From a virus (lineage: Duplodnaviria > Heunggongvirae > Uroviricota > Caudoviricetes): a DNA stretch of 64,000 nucleotides. The stretch is from positions 64,001-128,000 of the IMG/VR virus record IMGVR_UViG_3300028888_000044. The stretch is one strand, 5' to 3'. Both the position numbers and the translations under genes were made by a program. Within the stretch, counting starts at the first letter, position 1; every line of letters starts with the position of its first letter. The notes beneath the pieces are model-generated. The model saw nothing but the letters and a program-made list of their open reading frames with translations, was not told the DNA's origin and did no database searches. Below are positions 9,276 through 19,009 of this stretch, one piece after another.

Positions 9276-10236
9276 TGCAATTAAAAGAGGTTTAAGAAAG
9301 ATTGCGTATGCCTTTGCTTTTGCAATAAAGGGAGGTGATGATGCAATTGGTACTCAAGACCAGAACGAAACTGTAGTTGGTGTTGTACAGCAACAGCAAG
9401 CACAATCTCTTGGGGAAGCCTTGCTCAAGGGCGAAGTTACAAAACAAGTTGAGGAATTGAGATATATGGACTACAAGGTAAGTAAGGAATCTAAAAGATT
9501 CCATCATATTGGAAACGGTGTGACCATTGAGACGAGAAAACCTCAAAAGAACTTGAAGAGATTCAAGTTCAAGCAAGGAAATCCTATGGTTTGTGAGGAT
9601 GTATACCACGAATTGCAGAGAATTGACGATTATGCTGCGCCTTCAAGGTACTTGTTTGAACTTACATATATTGATGTGCCTACAGTCAAGCTTGAACCAT
9701 ATATTTCGTATGGAGAATTTGATATTGATGACAATCATATAAAGGTTTCGTTTGTTTTTGACAAGAATATAAGGAGCAATGAAGACCCAATAACGAAGAT
9801 TCTGCTTAGAAGACTTGGTGAAATATCAAGATATAATTCTGGTTATCAGATTGAGCACGATGATATATGCAGCAATGTAGCAATGCTGACATTTACGACA
9901 TCAAATGCAACCAATGAGGATGATTATGTGAGATATGACATATTAGGTATGTCGTTTGATTCGTGCAAGGAGGTTCAAGATGGCTTTATTTTGACTTATT
10001 CTTCAAGCAATTTCAAGCGATTTGACTTGACAGAGCAATTCTACAGCAAGGAACTTGAGGAAAAATACAGAAAAAAGGCTCCAAAGGGGCAGAATGTCGA
10101 ATTATACACCACTGAAAGGAAGTTTTATTGTGACGATTGCGGAAAAGAGATGAACGAATACGATGCAAGCATTACAAAATACACTTTTGGCAGACAATTG
10201 TGTCAAGATTGCATAAAAACCAACATGTTGTATTGA
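9265..10236 (+). CDS. Hypothetical protein with C-terminal Zn finger
   Basis: 323 aa; CDDC...CQDC at the C-terminus. Confidence 0.7.
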   Translation: MMIDAIKRGLRKIAYAFAFAIKGGDDAIGTQDQNETVVGVVQQQQAQSLGEALLKGEVTKQVEELRYMDYKVSKESKRFHHIGNGVTIETRKPQKNLKRFKFKQGNPMVCEDVYHELQRIDDYAAPSRYLFELTYIDVPTVKLEPYISYGEFDIDDNHIKVSFVFDKNIRSNEDPITKILLRRLGEISRYNSGYQIEHDDICSNVAMLTFTTSNATNEDDYVRYDILGMSFDSCKEVQDGFILTYSSSNFKRFDLTEQFYSKELEEKYRKKAPKGQNVELYTTERKFYCDDCGKEMNEYDASITKYTFGRQLCQDCIKTNMLY

Positions 10237-10279
10237 TTTTTACTGTTCTTAATCTATTTTTTAAACAAAATAAGATGTA

Positions 10280-10948
10280 ATGAAGATTGGAATAGAACTA
10301 AATGGAGTAGTTAGGGACATTAATCGACAATGTTTGAAATATTATGCAAAGGATATTGACCCTAATATCGATGAAAGTGATGTTGATATGGATTCAATGT
10401 CAATAATGCCCAAATTGGACTTCAAATCAAACTATGAAAGGAAAAAGTTCGTATATGAGGACTATCCATATGAACTTTTTGCTTGTGCAAATACAATGTC
10501 AAGGAATTTGCACGTATTTTTGAACGGTTGGGCATATGACTTGTATTGGAACAGAGATAAAAGTGAAGTTAGCCTATTCTCATTGGATGAGGAAGAACTT
10601 TCAATACAGTCAACATATTTTTTCCTTAGTAAGGGAAGCCGAATAAGAAGGATGTTTTTTCCTATGAATAGTAAGGAGGTGTGGAAGCTGTTTGATGTAG
10701 TTATTACTCAAGACAAGGATGTTGTAATTAACAAGCCAGAAGGTAAAATAGCGGTTTTGATTAGAAAATCTGATAATGCAGAGGCAAGCGACAAAGCTGA
10801 CTTCAAGTATGACAACTTGGAAGATGTTATCAAGGACAGCGAGTTTTTGGGAAATGTGGAAAAGATGCTTGAAGAATGCAACAACAAGTCGTTGTTAGGC
10901 AAGATTAGGAGTAAAATAAGCAGGTGTTTTAAATTATTGGGGAAATGA
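10280..10948 (+). CDS. HAD/5'(3')-nucleotidase-like protein with degenerate motif I
   Basis: MKIGIELNGVVRD matches IGIDxDGV, but the catalytic Asp residues are replaced. Confidence 0.55.
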   Translation: MKIGIELNGVVRDINRQCLKYYAKDIDPNIDESDVDMDSMSIMPKLDFKSNYERKKFVYEDYPYELFACANTMSRNLHVFLNGWAYDLYWNRDKSEVSLFSLDEEELSIQSTYFFLSKGSRIRRMFFPMNSKEVWKLFDVVITQDKDVVINKPEGKIAVLIRKSDNAEASDKADFKYDNLEDVIKDSEFLGNVEKMLEECNNKSLLGKIRSKISRCFKLLGK

Positions 10949-11295
10949 ATGTAAATGACGGTACATATTATTACGATATTGATGAAATCTTGAATTATGT
11001 TCTTGATGGTTCCGATGGAGCTACTGTAAATACAGATATTACTGATATGTATGGGGTTAATGAGAAGACTCAAGCACTTGAACTTGTAAATAGGCAAATA
11101 AACGAGACAAAGGCCAACAAGAACGATTCAAATACCGCAATCAAATATGATTTGGTAAAGAATTTTATTGCAAGTCTGTCTGATATGGAGGTTTGCCCAT
11201 ATAATATGGGTGTTGTACCATTTTCACAAGAAATGATATTCAACACATTGATACATAAGGGTTTTATCAAATTTAAAGAAACAAATGGAGACTGA
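10945..11295 (+). CDS. Hypothetical protein
   Basis: 116-aa ORF coupled by an ATGA overlap. Confidence 0.7.
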   Translation: MNVNDGTYYYDIDEILNYVLDGSDGATVNTDITDMYGVNEKTQALELVNRQINETKANKNDSNTAIKYDLVKNFIASLSDMEVCPYNMGVVPFSQEMIFNTLIHKGFIKFKETNGD

Positions 11296-12391
11296 AAAGG
11301 TTATTGAAAGAGTAAAACAAGAATTGGCAAAGATAACCGACAAGGGAAACAAGATTATGTTTTTTGTGATTGACACAAAGGGTAATCCAAGTGGAAGCTT
11401 GTCATATATCTATAAGCTTGCCAAGTATGCAAAAGATGACGGTTACGATGTTGCAATGCTTTATCAGAAATCTAAAGATGAGGATTTCGTTGGTGTTGGT
11501 GAGTGGCTTGGTCAAGAATATGCTGATTTGGAGCATATCTGTATTTCTGATGGAGAATTGAGTGTTTCACCTAGCGACATTCTGTTTATTCCAGAAATTT
11601 TCGCAAATGTAATGGTTCAGACAAAGAACCTTCCTTGCAAGAGGATTGCAATCTTGCAGAACTATGATTATATGGTTGAACAGATGCCTTTCTCTGTACA
11701 GTGGGGGGATTTGGGTATTATGGAATGTATTACAAATACTGAATACAACAAGGAGAAGATTAATGGTGTATTCCCATATGTAAGGACAACAGTTATTCAA
11801 CCAAATGTTGACAATATGTTTGATGCAAAGAGCGTTGGTGACACACCAAGGAATTTTGTTGTTAATGTAATTGCAAAGAGTCAATCAGACATCAACAAGA
11901 TTGTAAAGCCATTCTATTGGAAGTTCCCTATGTACAGATGGGTTTCTTTCAAGGATTTGAGAGGAATGCCTAAGGAAACATATGCAAAGGAGCTGTTGAA
12001 CGGTGAGATAACTGTTTGGGTTGATACTGATTCGAGCTTTGGATATGGAGGTATTGAGGCAATTAAGGCTGGAAATATTGTTCTTGCTAAGAGAACTGAT
12101 AATCAAATGCCTTGGTATTCTGTAAATGGAGAGCCAAATGATGCTTGCATATGGTTTGAGGATTATGACGATTTGCACAAGATGCTTGCTAGTGTTATTA
12201 GAGCTGTGATAACAGATGATGTACCAGAAAAGGTATTTGAGGATAGGAAAGCATATGAAGATTTGTACAATGAGCAAACAACAAGAAAGGAATTTGTTGA
12301 ATATTTAAATAACACAATCGAAAGACGCAGAAAGGAAATCGAGGGTCTTTTGGCTGAAATTAACAATGGAGGTGGCAGCAATGAGAAATGA
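11285..12391 (+). CDS. Glycosyltransferase, GT-B fold
   Basis: NPSGSLSYIY, DILFIPE, SSFGYGGIEAIKAG (matches the EGFGLPxxEAMAxG motif). Confidence 0.75.
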   Translation: METEKVIERVKQELAKITDKGNKIMFFVIDTKGNPSGSLSYIYKLAKYAKDDGYDVAMLYQKSKDEDFVGVGEWLGQEYADLEHICISDGELSVSPSDILFIPEIFANVMVQTKNLPCKRIAILQNYDYMVEQMPFSVQWGDLGIMECITNTEYNKEKINGVFPYVRTTVIQPNVDNMFDAKSVGDTPRNFVVNVIAKSQSDINKIVKPFYWKFPMYRWVSFKDLRGMPKETYAKELLNGEITVWVDTDSSFGYGGIEAIKAGNIVLAKRTDNQMPWYSVNGEPNDACIWFEDYDDLHKMLASVIRAVITDDVPEKVFEDRKAYEDLYNEQTTRKEFVEYLNNTIERRRKEIEGLLAEINNGGGSNEK

Positions 12392-12863
12392 AATTAAAAC
12401 AACAGAAAGTAGAATTGAATATGTGATGACACATAATTTTGATGACATCAAGGTCAGTAGATATATGAACGATATTAGAAAATATTGGGGTAATTGCTTC
12501 TTCTTTAATGTTGATGACGAGAGAAAAGACAATGCATGCATTGCTTGTGACCAGATAGCTTCATTCTTTATCTGTGGCTATGAAGTGTATGGCAATGTTG
12601 TCAAGGACGAGCTTCACAAGCTGATTGACACCAAGTTCAAAGGTTTGTTTACTTTTGAGGAAATTATATTGTTAATGGTTGTGTTTATATATGAGAGGCT
12701 TCCTTTGTCAGATTATGATTTTCGTGAAATCTTGAGTAATTATGCGAAGATTGACTTTAATTATGAAGAGGTTAAGCAAGTATATAATTCTGATAGTCCA
12801 CTTATAGAGTTCTGTATTATTGCTTCTTATAAACTAATTAATAAAATAACAAGAGGAATATGA
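12381..12863 (+). CDS. Hypothetical protein
   Basis: ORF within the operon; ATG at 12381. Confidence 0.65.
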   Translation: MRNEIKTTESRIEYVMTHNFDDIKVSRYMNDIRKYWGNCFFFNVDDERKDNACIACDQIASFFICGYEVYGNVVKDELHKLIDTKFKGLFTFEEIILLMVVFIYERLPLSDYDFREILSNYAKIDFNYEEVKQVYNSDSPLIEFCIIASYKLINKITRGI

Positions 12864-13627
12864 TTGATTTGACAATAATTATACCAGTTCACGAATATAA
12901 TGAAGATGTTAAGCAATTGCTTTCAAAGGCTTTGAACAGTGTGAAAGAAGATTATAAAGTTATAATTTCAACAAGTGAAGCCGCCAATGAAGGAATCTTG
13001 CAAGACTTCAACAGAAAAGAATATACCATTCTCAAGTCTGAAGAGACATCTTTTTGCGGTTTGGTAAATGAAGCTGTTAAAAATGTTGATACAAAATGGT
13101 TCAGTATTTTGGAGTTTGATGATATATATTATAGACCTTGGTTCGATAATGTTGAAAAGTATATCAAATTCAACCCAGAAGTTAGCATCTTTATGTGCTT
13201 GACTGATTTGTATGATTACAAGGACAACAAATTTATCGGCTACGGAAATGAGGCTGTTTGGGCATCAAGTTTCTCTAACGAGTTGGGTTATGTAGATTAC
13301 GATTGTTTGCAGAACTTTTTTGACTTTTATATGACTGGTTCTGTATTCAACAAGGAAGATTGGGATTCTGTTGGTGGACTTAAGAAGTCTATTGAGCTTA
13401 CATTTTGGTACGAGTTCCTATTGAGGGTTACACACAACAACAAGAAGGTGTTTGTAATTCCAAGAGTTGGATATGCGCATTATATGAATAGAGACAATTC
13501 ACTTATCAAGAAATATGCCGATACAATGGACGATAAGGAAACGAAGGGATGGTTGAACATTGCAAAGCAAGAGCATTTCTTCAAGAACGACAGAAACAAG
13601 GTATACGATAAAAATGAAGGGGATTGA
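12860..13627 (+). CDS. Glycosyltransferase family 2
   Basis: LTIIIPVHE, VNEAV, WFSILEFDDIY, GSVFNKEDWDSVGGL, YEFLLR. Confidence 0.85.
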   Translation: MIDLTIIIPVHEYNEDVKQLLSKALNSVKEDYKVIISTSEAANEGILQDFNRKEYTILKSEETSFCGLVNEAVKNVDTKWFSILEFDDIYYRPWFDNVEKYIKFNPEVSIFMCLTDLYDYKDNKFIGYGNEAVWASSFSNELGYVDYDCLQNFFDFYMTGSVFNKEDWDSVGGLKKSIELTFWYEFLLRVTHNNKKVFVIPRVGYAHYMNRDNSLIKKYADTMDDKETKGWLNIAKQEHFFKNDRNKVYDKNEGD

Positions 13628-13757
13628 TAATTCAATCCTCTTCTTGTTCATAATACACGTGAGATTTTCCGTTAGTGAAAATGGTGAAGGAAAGTACATT
13701 GTAACTATGTAGCATTATTATGACTTGAAAATAACAGTTATAAAAATTATCATAATA

Positions 13758-14480
13758 ATGGGAAAAAGAGGTAGAAAACCTTCAAAAGATAAAAAGGGAT
13801 ATTTCTTGGATGAGCAAGAAGAAGCCGTAGTCAGATATATTAATTCAACTGACCAAAACGAGAGAAACGAGATATATAAGACGATATTGCATCCAGCATT
13901 TTGCAAAATGGTTGAATCTATAATGAACAGATATAAGCTATATGTACCAGATGAAGAATTTTTGGATACTTTTGACGATACAATATCGTTCTTGATGACA
14001 AAAATAGAATTATTTAATCCAAACAGTGGATACAAAGCATATTCTTATTGTGGAACAATATGCAAAAACTACTTGATACTTAAGATAAAGAATTATGCAA
14101 AGGGTATCAAGAGATATGAACCTTATGAAAATTATCAATCAAAGATTGAGGATAATATAACATTGTCTTATAAGGACAACGATTCATCAACATCTTTCTT
14201 CAACGAACTTATTACAAACACTTCGAGTGGCATAACGGAAGTTATGAGCAAAAACAAGAAACTTAACGAGAACGAGATAAAGGTAGGTAATGCACTTTTG
14301 TCATTATTGGCGAATTGGGAGGATTTGGCTGACAGTATGTGCAGCAATAAGTTCAATAAAAGCTCTATACTTCTTTTTCTTAAAGAAAATACACAGTTGA
14401 CTACAAAGGATATAAGAGTTGCCATGAAAAAATACAAGGCAGTTTATTTTTCAGTCAAAAAAAAGTTGTTGGGTGATTAA
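13758..14480 (+). CDS. Phage late-transcription sigma factor (T4 gp55-like)
   Basis: Sigma region-2-like DTISFLMTKIELFNPNSGYKAYSYCGTICKNYLI, compared with the recalled gp55-type FDPEK..FAYFTQI..N pattern; N-terminal YF motif. Confidence 0.7.
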   Translation: MGKRGRKPSKDKKGYFLDEQEEAVVRYINSTDQNERNEIYKTILHPAFCKMVESIMNRYKLYVPDEEFLDTFDDTISFLMTKIELFNPNSGYKAYSYCGTICKNYLILKIKNYAKGIKRYEPYENYQSKIEDNITLSYKDNDSSTSFFNELITNTSSGITEVMSKNKKLNENEIKVGNALLSLLANWEDLADSMCSNKFNKSSILLFLKENTQLTTKDIRVAMKKYKAVYFSVKKKLLGD

Positions 14481-14652
14481 CTGTTAACACATATTCTAAT
14501 AAAAAATAGGTAGCCGTACTACCGAATTGACGCTTGTGGAGAAACCAACTGCGGATGACCGAACATTATGCTCCTAAAAAGCAGTGTTTCGTTGAAGCAA
14601 GAAATAAAATGTAGTAGAATCATAGATTTTATTATAATTTTATATACGGTGA
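14472..14652 (+). mobile_element. Non-autonomous IS607/IS605-type remnant carrying a TnpB 3'-end/omegaRNA-like scaffold
   Basis: ATAGGTAGCCGTACTACCGAATTGACGCTTGTGGAG...GATGACCG...CTAAAAAGCAGTG..TTGAAGCAAGAA translates as IGSRTTELTLVEKPT..DDR and, in another frame, LKSSVSLKQE, resembling recalled TnpB C-terminal tails; GGTGA occurs at both ends; no tnpA or tnpB ORF. Confidence 0.65.
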
Positions 14653-14653
14653 G

Positions 14654-14661
14654 TATTTATA
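14654..14661 (+). promoter_or_regulatory. Putative late promoter TATTTATA
   Basis: The motif recurs 20-60 nt upstream of virion-related genes across the window. Confidence 0.6.
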
Positions 14662-14680
14662 AACAAATATATTCTTTAAT

Positions 14681-15064
14681 ATGGCAAGGAAATTGAAAAT
14701 TGAAATCAATTCGATAGAAAACCTAAGGGAACTTTTGCAAGAAACATATAATCTTGCAGATGAGCAACTTATATTGGCTCAAAATGAAATAAACAAGCTT
14801 GCAAACTCTACCAAACTTCAAGAAGAGGTTATGGAATACAAGGCTAAGTATGCCAAGGCTATCAATGACTATATGGGCATCAAGGACAAGGCGATTTCAA
14901 AGAAGATAGAGATTGCCAAGTTACTTGCAGAACTTTGCAAGAATTTGAGTGATGTAAAGGAAATGGATACCTCATTCGCATCTTTTGACTTGGACAACAT
15001 TAGGGAGCTGTTAGACAAGGAGACAAAGGAAAATAACACTGAATATATAAAGCTTAACAAGTAA
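14681..15064 (+). CDS. Coiled-coil hypothetical protein (possibly small-terminase-like)
   Basis: 127 aa, helical; first gene after the late-promoter motif. Confidence 0.6.
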   Translation: MARKLKIEINSIENLRELLQETYNLADEQLILAQNEINKLANSTKLQEEVMEYKAKYAKAINDYMGIKDKAISKKIEIAKLLAELCKNLSDVKEMDTSFASFDLDNIRELLDKETKENNTEYIKLNK

Positions 15065-17478
15065 TGAGATTGGCAGATGCAAACAAGAGGAAACAACTGA
15101 CCACAGTCAGAAGACAACAGAACGAACTGCTATCTACTTTGGACGGTTATCTTACGGCACTTGAGAATCAGTCGGCTGAACAGACGCAAACATTTGCGTT
15201 TGGAGATAATCCTTTTGTGTATTTGATTCAATTGTTGGAGCATCTTGGTTGTACAAGGGAGGAAATGATTGAGAAGATTGCCAAGATAATCATTTATGGT
15301 CTTCCAGCAATAGAAATCGGTGTAAAGGGTATATTGCTGTCAAATATGAAGAATCTTGTTGCTTGTGCCGTAGACCCAAGAATCCCTAATTATGCTAGGG
15401 AAAAGGGCATGACCTACAATATAAAGGAAATAGACCCATTGGGAATATTGTCAACATCTCCATTGGACAAGTACAATCAGCTTTACTTCGGAACTGACAA
15501 TATGAAAACACCATATGACTTTGTTAGACCAGTTGATATGAACACATTCTTGTGGTTTGTTGTACATAAAGGCAAGTATCCTAATTCGTCAGTTATAGCC
15601 GTAGACGAGGATTATAGCGACTTCTTCAAAAGAAAATATGGAGCAAGAACAGTTAGCGGTTCAAATATCAACACAGTGTCATATTTGACTTTTGACCCTA
15701 ACGGCAAGAATCAAGGTATGGCATTGGGTAGCACTTTCATACAGAGGTTTACAAACGAGGAAGGTACAAACGGACACTTGATAAGTCTATGCACAAATGT
15801 CAAGTTCATTATAAAGGAGAAACAAGGACTTAACGATTATTATGTTGCAGAAAGCACTATAATGCCTATAGGAAATGCTTGGGACAGAACTAATTACTAT
15901 GTAAATAGAGGTATGTATCTTTCAAACCTTGGAAAGGTGTTTGATAAAAAAAATGAAAATAATAGAGATTACAACAAGGACATTGGATTGTGCAGTTTCC
16001 AATTCTTGGATTCCTTGAAGAACTATGATGCTTATAATGTCAGCGACTTCAACGAACCATATAACTGCTTGAATGTAAGGGTACTTCCAAAGCCATTGGT
16101 ACATGTTCCACATATTGGACAGACATTCTTCTATCCTCTTATTATCAGATACAACAGCGAAGGTAAGGTTGATAAGGATGGAAGATTTTCTGTGATGCCA
16201 GTGAGGGAAATGCCTACAGATACAATGTGTCATACAAATGTAAAAACAATTATCATCGAGAAATTGTTTGAAAAACTTGGAAGACAACCAACGCAAGAGG
16301 AACAAGATGAGGTTTATTTTACATTGAATGACAAGAACAATGATTCAAAGTCGGATTTCTTTTCAATGGACGGAGCCATTTGGTGGTACAAGCTTGCTTT
16401 CTTTGAGACACAACGCACAGCCACTAATTACAAGTTGGTTATTGACCATAAGGGCAACTACAAGATAACAAGTGATGACTTAAATGTATTTACAAGATAT
16501 AATTTTGATGAAATCACAGAAGTTAACTATAGTACAACACTTTCATTGATAAGGGAATGTTATTTCGGTCTAACCCTTTATGAGTTCAATTATGACTATA
16601 TAATGAGCCAAAGGCTGTTTGATTCAAAGGTTGTTGCTACACAATTGATAAATGTTTTGGCTGATTTTATGATTGGTGGCTCAATAACGTTCTCACAGAC
16701 AGAGATTGAGGGAATGGATAGGATATACCATATTGTTGAGAAGATAGTCAATTCAGACGGTTATGAGGCTAGTGACTGTTTCTATACATTCTCCAATGAT
16801 GAGGTTGAAAGGATGTCAAGGGATGCCGAGCTTAAAAGGGCGAGACTTACACCATTCGGTGACTGTGAAAGAAGGGTTGATACCAATACAGATGAGGTTA
16901 TTGAGGCTTTGAATGACTTTGGCAGCGCAACAGAATTCCAAGAACAGAGGGATGCTTTTTCTCGTGTCGTAAGAAACGTTAGTGCTGTCATTGATAGGGA
17001 AGCAAAAGACCCAGATGTTATTGATAGTGTATCGTTTGACTTCATAACAAATATGTTTCAAAGTCTTTCAGTAGTTATTGTTACTGCATTGCTTTCTCCA
17101 AAAGTACTTCTTATGATATTGATGAATCAAGAGCTGTGTGGAAATTATTCACATGAAAGTTGGAAGAAGATGACATTGGAAAACATATTATATGCAATGC
17201 ATTCAATGATTGCGGCAATAATACTTGAGATTAGAGACCTACTGCTTAAGGAACTGCTTGAAGAGGTCAGAAACAGAATCAAGGCATTACTTTTTGACTT
17301 GCAAGTTGGTCTTATAAGGGAACAGATTGAAGTATATAGAAGAGCAATCAAGCTTATGATTAAGGCATGTTCGTTCAAGGGTGGAAGCAACTTGGATTTG
17401 GATACGGTACTTGACAAGGTTGATTATGCAGACATTGACGAATTGCAGCATCAAACTAATGAAACAAGCAAATGCTAA
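15064..17478 (+). CDS. Large hypothetical (probable virion/baseplate) protein
   Basis: 804 aa, in an operon with the spike gene. Confidence 0.65.
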   Translation: MRLADANKRKQLTTVRRQQNELLSTLDGYLTALENQSAEQTQTFAFGDNPFVYLIQLLEHLGCTREEMIEKIAKIIIYGLPAIEIGVKGILLSNMKNLVACAVDPRIPNYAREKGMTYNIKEIDPLGILSTSPLDKYNQLYFGTDNMKTPYDFVRPVDMNTFLWFVVHKGKYPNSSVIAVDEDYSDFFKRKYGARTVSGSNINTVSYLTFDPNGKNQGMALGSTFIQRFTNEEGTNGHLISLCTNVKFIIKEKQGLNDYYVAESTIMPIGNAWDRTNYYVNRGMYLSNLGKVFDKKNENNRDYNKDIGLCSFQFLDSLKNYDAYNVSDFNEPYNCLNVRVLPKPLVHVPHIGQTFFYPLIIRYNSEGKVDKDGRFSVMPVREMPTDTMCHTNVKTIIIEKLFEKLGRQPTQEEQDEVYFTLNDKNNDSKSDFFSMDGAIWWYKLAFFETQRTATNYKLVIDHKGNYKITSDDLNVFTRYNFDEITEVNYSTTLSLIRECYFGLTLYEFNYDYIMSQRLFDSKVVATQLINVLADFMIGGSITFSQTEIEGMDRIYHIVEKIVNSDGYEASDCFYTFSNDEVERMSRDAELKRARLTPFGDCERRVDTNTDEVIEALNDFGSATEFQEQRDAFSRVVRNVSAVIDREAKDPDVIDSVSFDFITNMFQSLSVVIVTALLSPKVLLMILMNQELCGNYSHESWKKMTLENILYAMHSMIAAIILEIRDLLLKELLEEVRNRIKALLFDLQVGLIREQIEVYRRAIKLMIKACSFKGGSNLDLDTVLDKVDYADIDELQHQTNETSKC

Positions 17479-17479
17479 T

Positions 17480-17875
17480 ATGGGAATCAAGGAAATTTGT
17501 AACACACTACAGACATTATTGGACAATTATAGTAGGAAACCATTTCAAGCAATATCTGGTCTTATAATGATATGTTCTCTCTCAAAAAGACCTGGACTTT
17601 CTCCTATATTGTCAACAGCAAATATAATAAAGAATGTTGCCGCTAGGGGTATAAATACTGCCCCTATGGAGGATGGTAGCCCAAATCAGTTGAATATTGT
17701 TATCAACGAAATAACAAAGGAAGTATTCAGAGCTATGAGGGAAGATGCAAACATACAGACAGCTTTTGGACCTGGTTCTATAACAACACTTGGAAATGGT
17801 GCAAACGCTGGTGGACCAGTAGTTGTGACTTCAAAAATAATGAATTACGCAAAAGGCGTGGCAGCAATATTTTAA
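17480..17875 (+). CDS. Hypothetical baseplate-associated protein
   Basis: ATG at 17480 right after the upstream stop; C-term GNGANAGGPVVV. Confidence 0.6.
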   Translation: MGIKEICNTLQTLLDNYSRKPFQAISGLIMICSLSKRPGLSPILSTANIIKNVAARGINTAPMEDGSPNQLNIVINEITKEVFRAMREDANIQTAFGPGSITTLGNGANAGGPVVVTSKIMNYAKGVAAIF

Positions 17876-17879
17876 TTCA

Positions 17880-18059
17880 ATGAATAACGAGAAGTTCAGT
17901 GAAATGTCAAATTCCGAAATCAAGATAAAGATGGAGGAATACAAGAATGAATATGATACAATAAAATCGAAGATTGCAGCGTTGATAGATAGGATGAACG
18001 AGCTTGATACTGTATATCTAAACGCTACAAATGAGCTTAAAAAGAGAAGAGCTATATGA
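17880..18059 (+). CDS. Small coiled-coil protein (59 aa; not in the ORF track)
   Basis: MNNEKFSEMSNSEIKIKMEEYKNEYDTIK...KRRAI*; fills the gap and overlaps the next gene by ATGA. Confidence 0.75.
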   Translation: MNNEKFSEMSNSEIKIKMEEYKNEYDTIKSKIAALIDRMNELDTVYLNATNELKKRRAI

Positions 18060-18976
18060 GCAGCAACAATTACGTTATAAAGGAAGGACAAGTAGAATAT
18101 ATTGAAAATGGTAGTGGTATATTCGGAGAAGAAGCTGGTGCTTGTAGAATCAAGGTAAGGCTTTCTCAAGACGGTGAAAAGGCTATCAAGGACTTGCCTT
18201 GGTGTCATCCGTTGCTACCTAAAACATTTCAGTCCATCCCAAAGGTTGGCGAAGGTGTGCTTGTCATTACGTCTGAAATAGGAAACAATGAAAGCAACAG
18301 ATTCTATATTGGACCGATAATTTCACAGCCTCAATTTTTCACATACGACCCATATTCATATGGAAGAGGTTCTGCAATATCATTGCTGAAAGGCGGCAAT
18401 GACGAGCATGTACTTGAAAATATAAGCAAGTTCGGTGATGAAACAGAAGGCGCATTTCCAAAAACGTCAGACGTGGCTGTTATTGGTAGAAACAGTGAGG
18501 ACATTTCACTTAAGGAAGGTGAGGTGATGATTCGAAGCGGAGCTAGAGTTTGTGGAAATAATGAAAATGAAAATCTTGTTGGAAATGTAATTTTCAATAC
18601 TAATAGTCCAGCTTATCTTCAATTGAAATATAAGCAAGGATTACTTAACACACCAGAATATCAAGCTAATTCAGTAATAAATCTTGTTGCTGACAAGATT
18701 AATCTTATATCACACCAAGATGAAAATGTGAGAGAAAAATTGGTCAACAAGCAGTCAATGATTGATGATAGCGAATTTGCAAACATAATGGCACAATTGC
18801 ATCAGTTGCCGTATGGTGATTTATTGGTTAGAGGATTGAATATTATGAAGCTTGCAGTTATGTATCACGGTCATAATTTAAGTCCAGGCTCACCACCAGT
18901 AGAAGGACCGTTTATTACTGAATTGAAGGATGTTAACTTTGATGAAATATTATCACCTAATGTTCGAATAAATTAA
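18056..18976 (+). CDS. Baseplate central spike (gp5/gpV/VgrG OB-fold) protein
   Basis: RIKVRL..LPWCHPLLP..IPKVGEGVLV..NRFYIG OB-fold signature; C-terminal HxH (YHGH). Confidence 0.75.
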   Translation: MSSNNYVIKEGQVEYIENGSGIFGEEAGACRIKVRLSQDGEKAIKDLPWCHPLLPKTFQSIPKVGEGVLVITSEIGNNESNRFYIGPIISQPQFFTYDPYSYGRGSAISLLKGGNDEHVLENISKFGDETEGAFPKTSDVAVIGRNSEDISLKEGEVMIRSGARVCGNNENENLVGNVIFNTNSPAYLQLKYKQGLLNTPEYQANSVINLVADKINLISHQDENVREKLVNKQSMIDDSEFANIMAQLHQLPYGDLLVRGLNIMKLAVMYHGHNLSPGSPPVEGPFITELKDVNFDEILSPNVRIN

Positions 18977-19009
18977 TTTTTTATTATATTTATAATAAAA
19001 ATATCTATT

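Noticed and set aside
13648-13723. tRNA or hammerhead ribozyme in the structured intergenic region
   Set aside because: Lacks the TTC T-loop, cloverleaf and CUGAnGA core; no tRNA or rRNA genes were recognised anywhere in the window.
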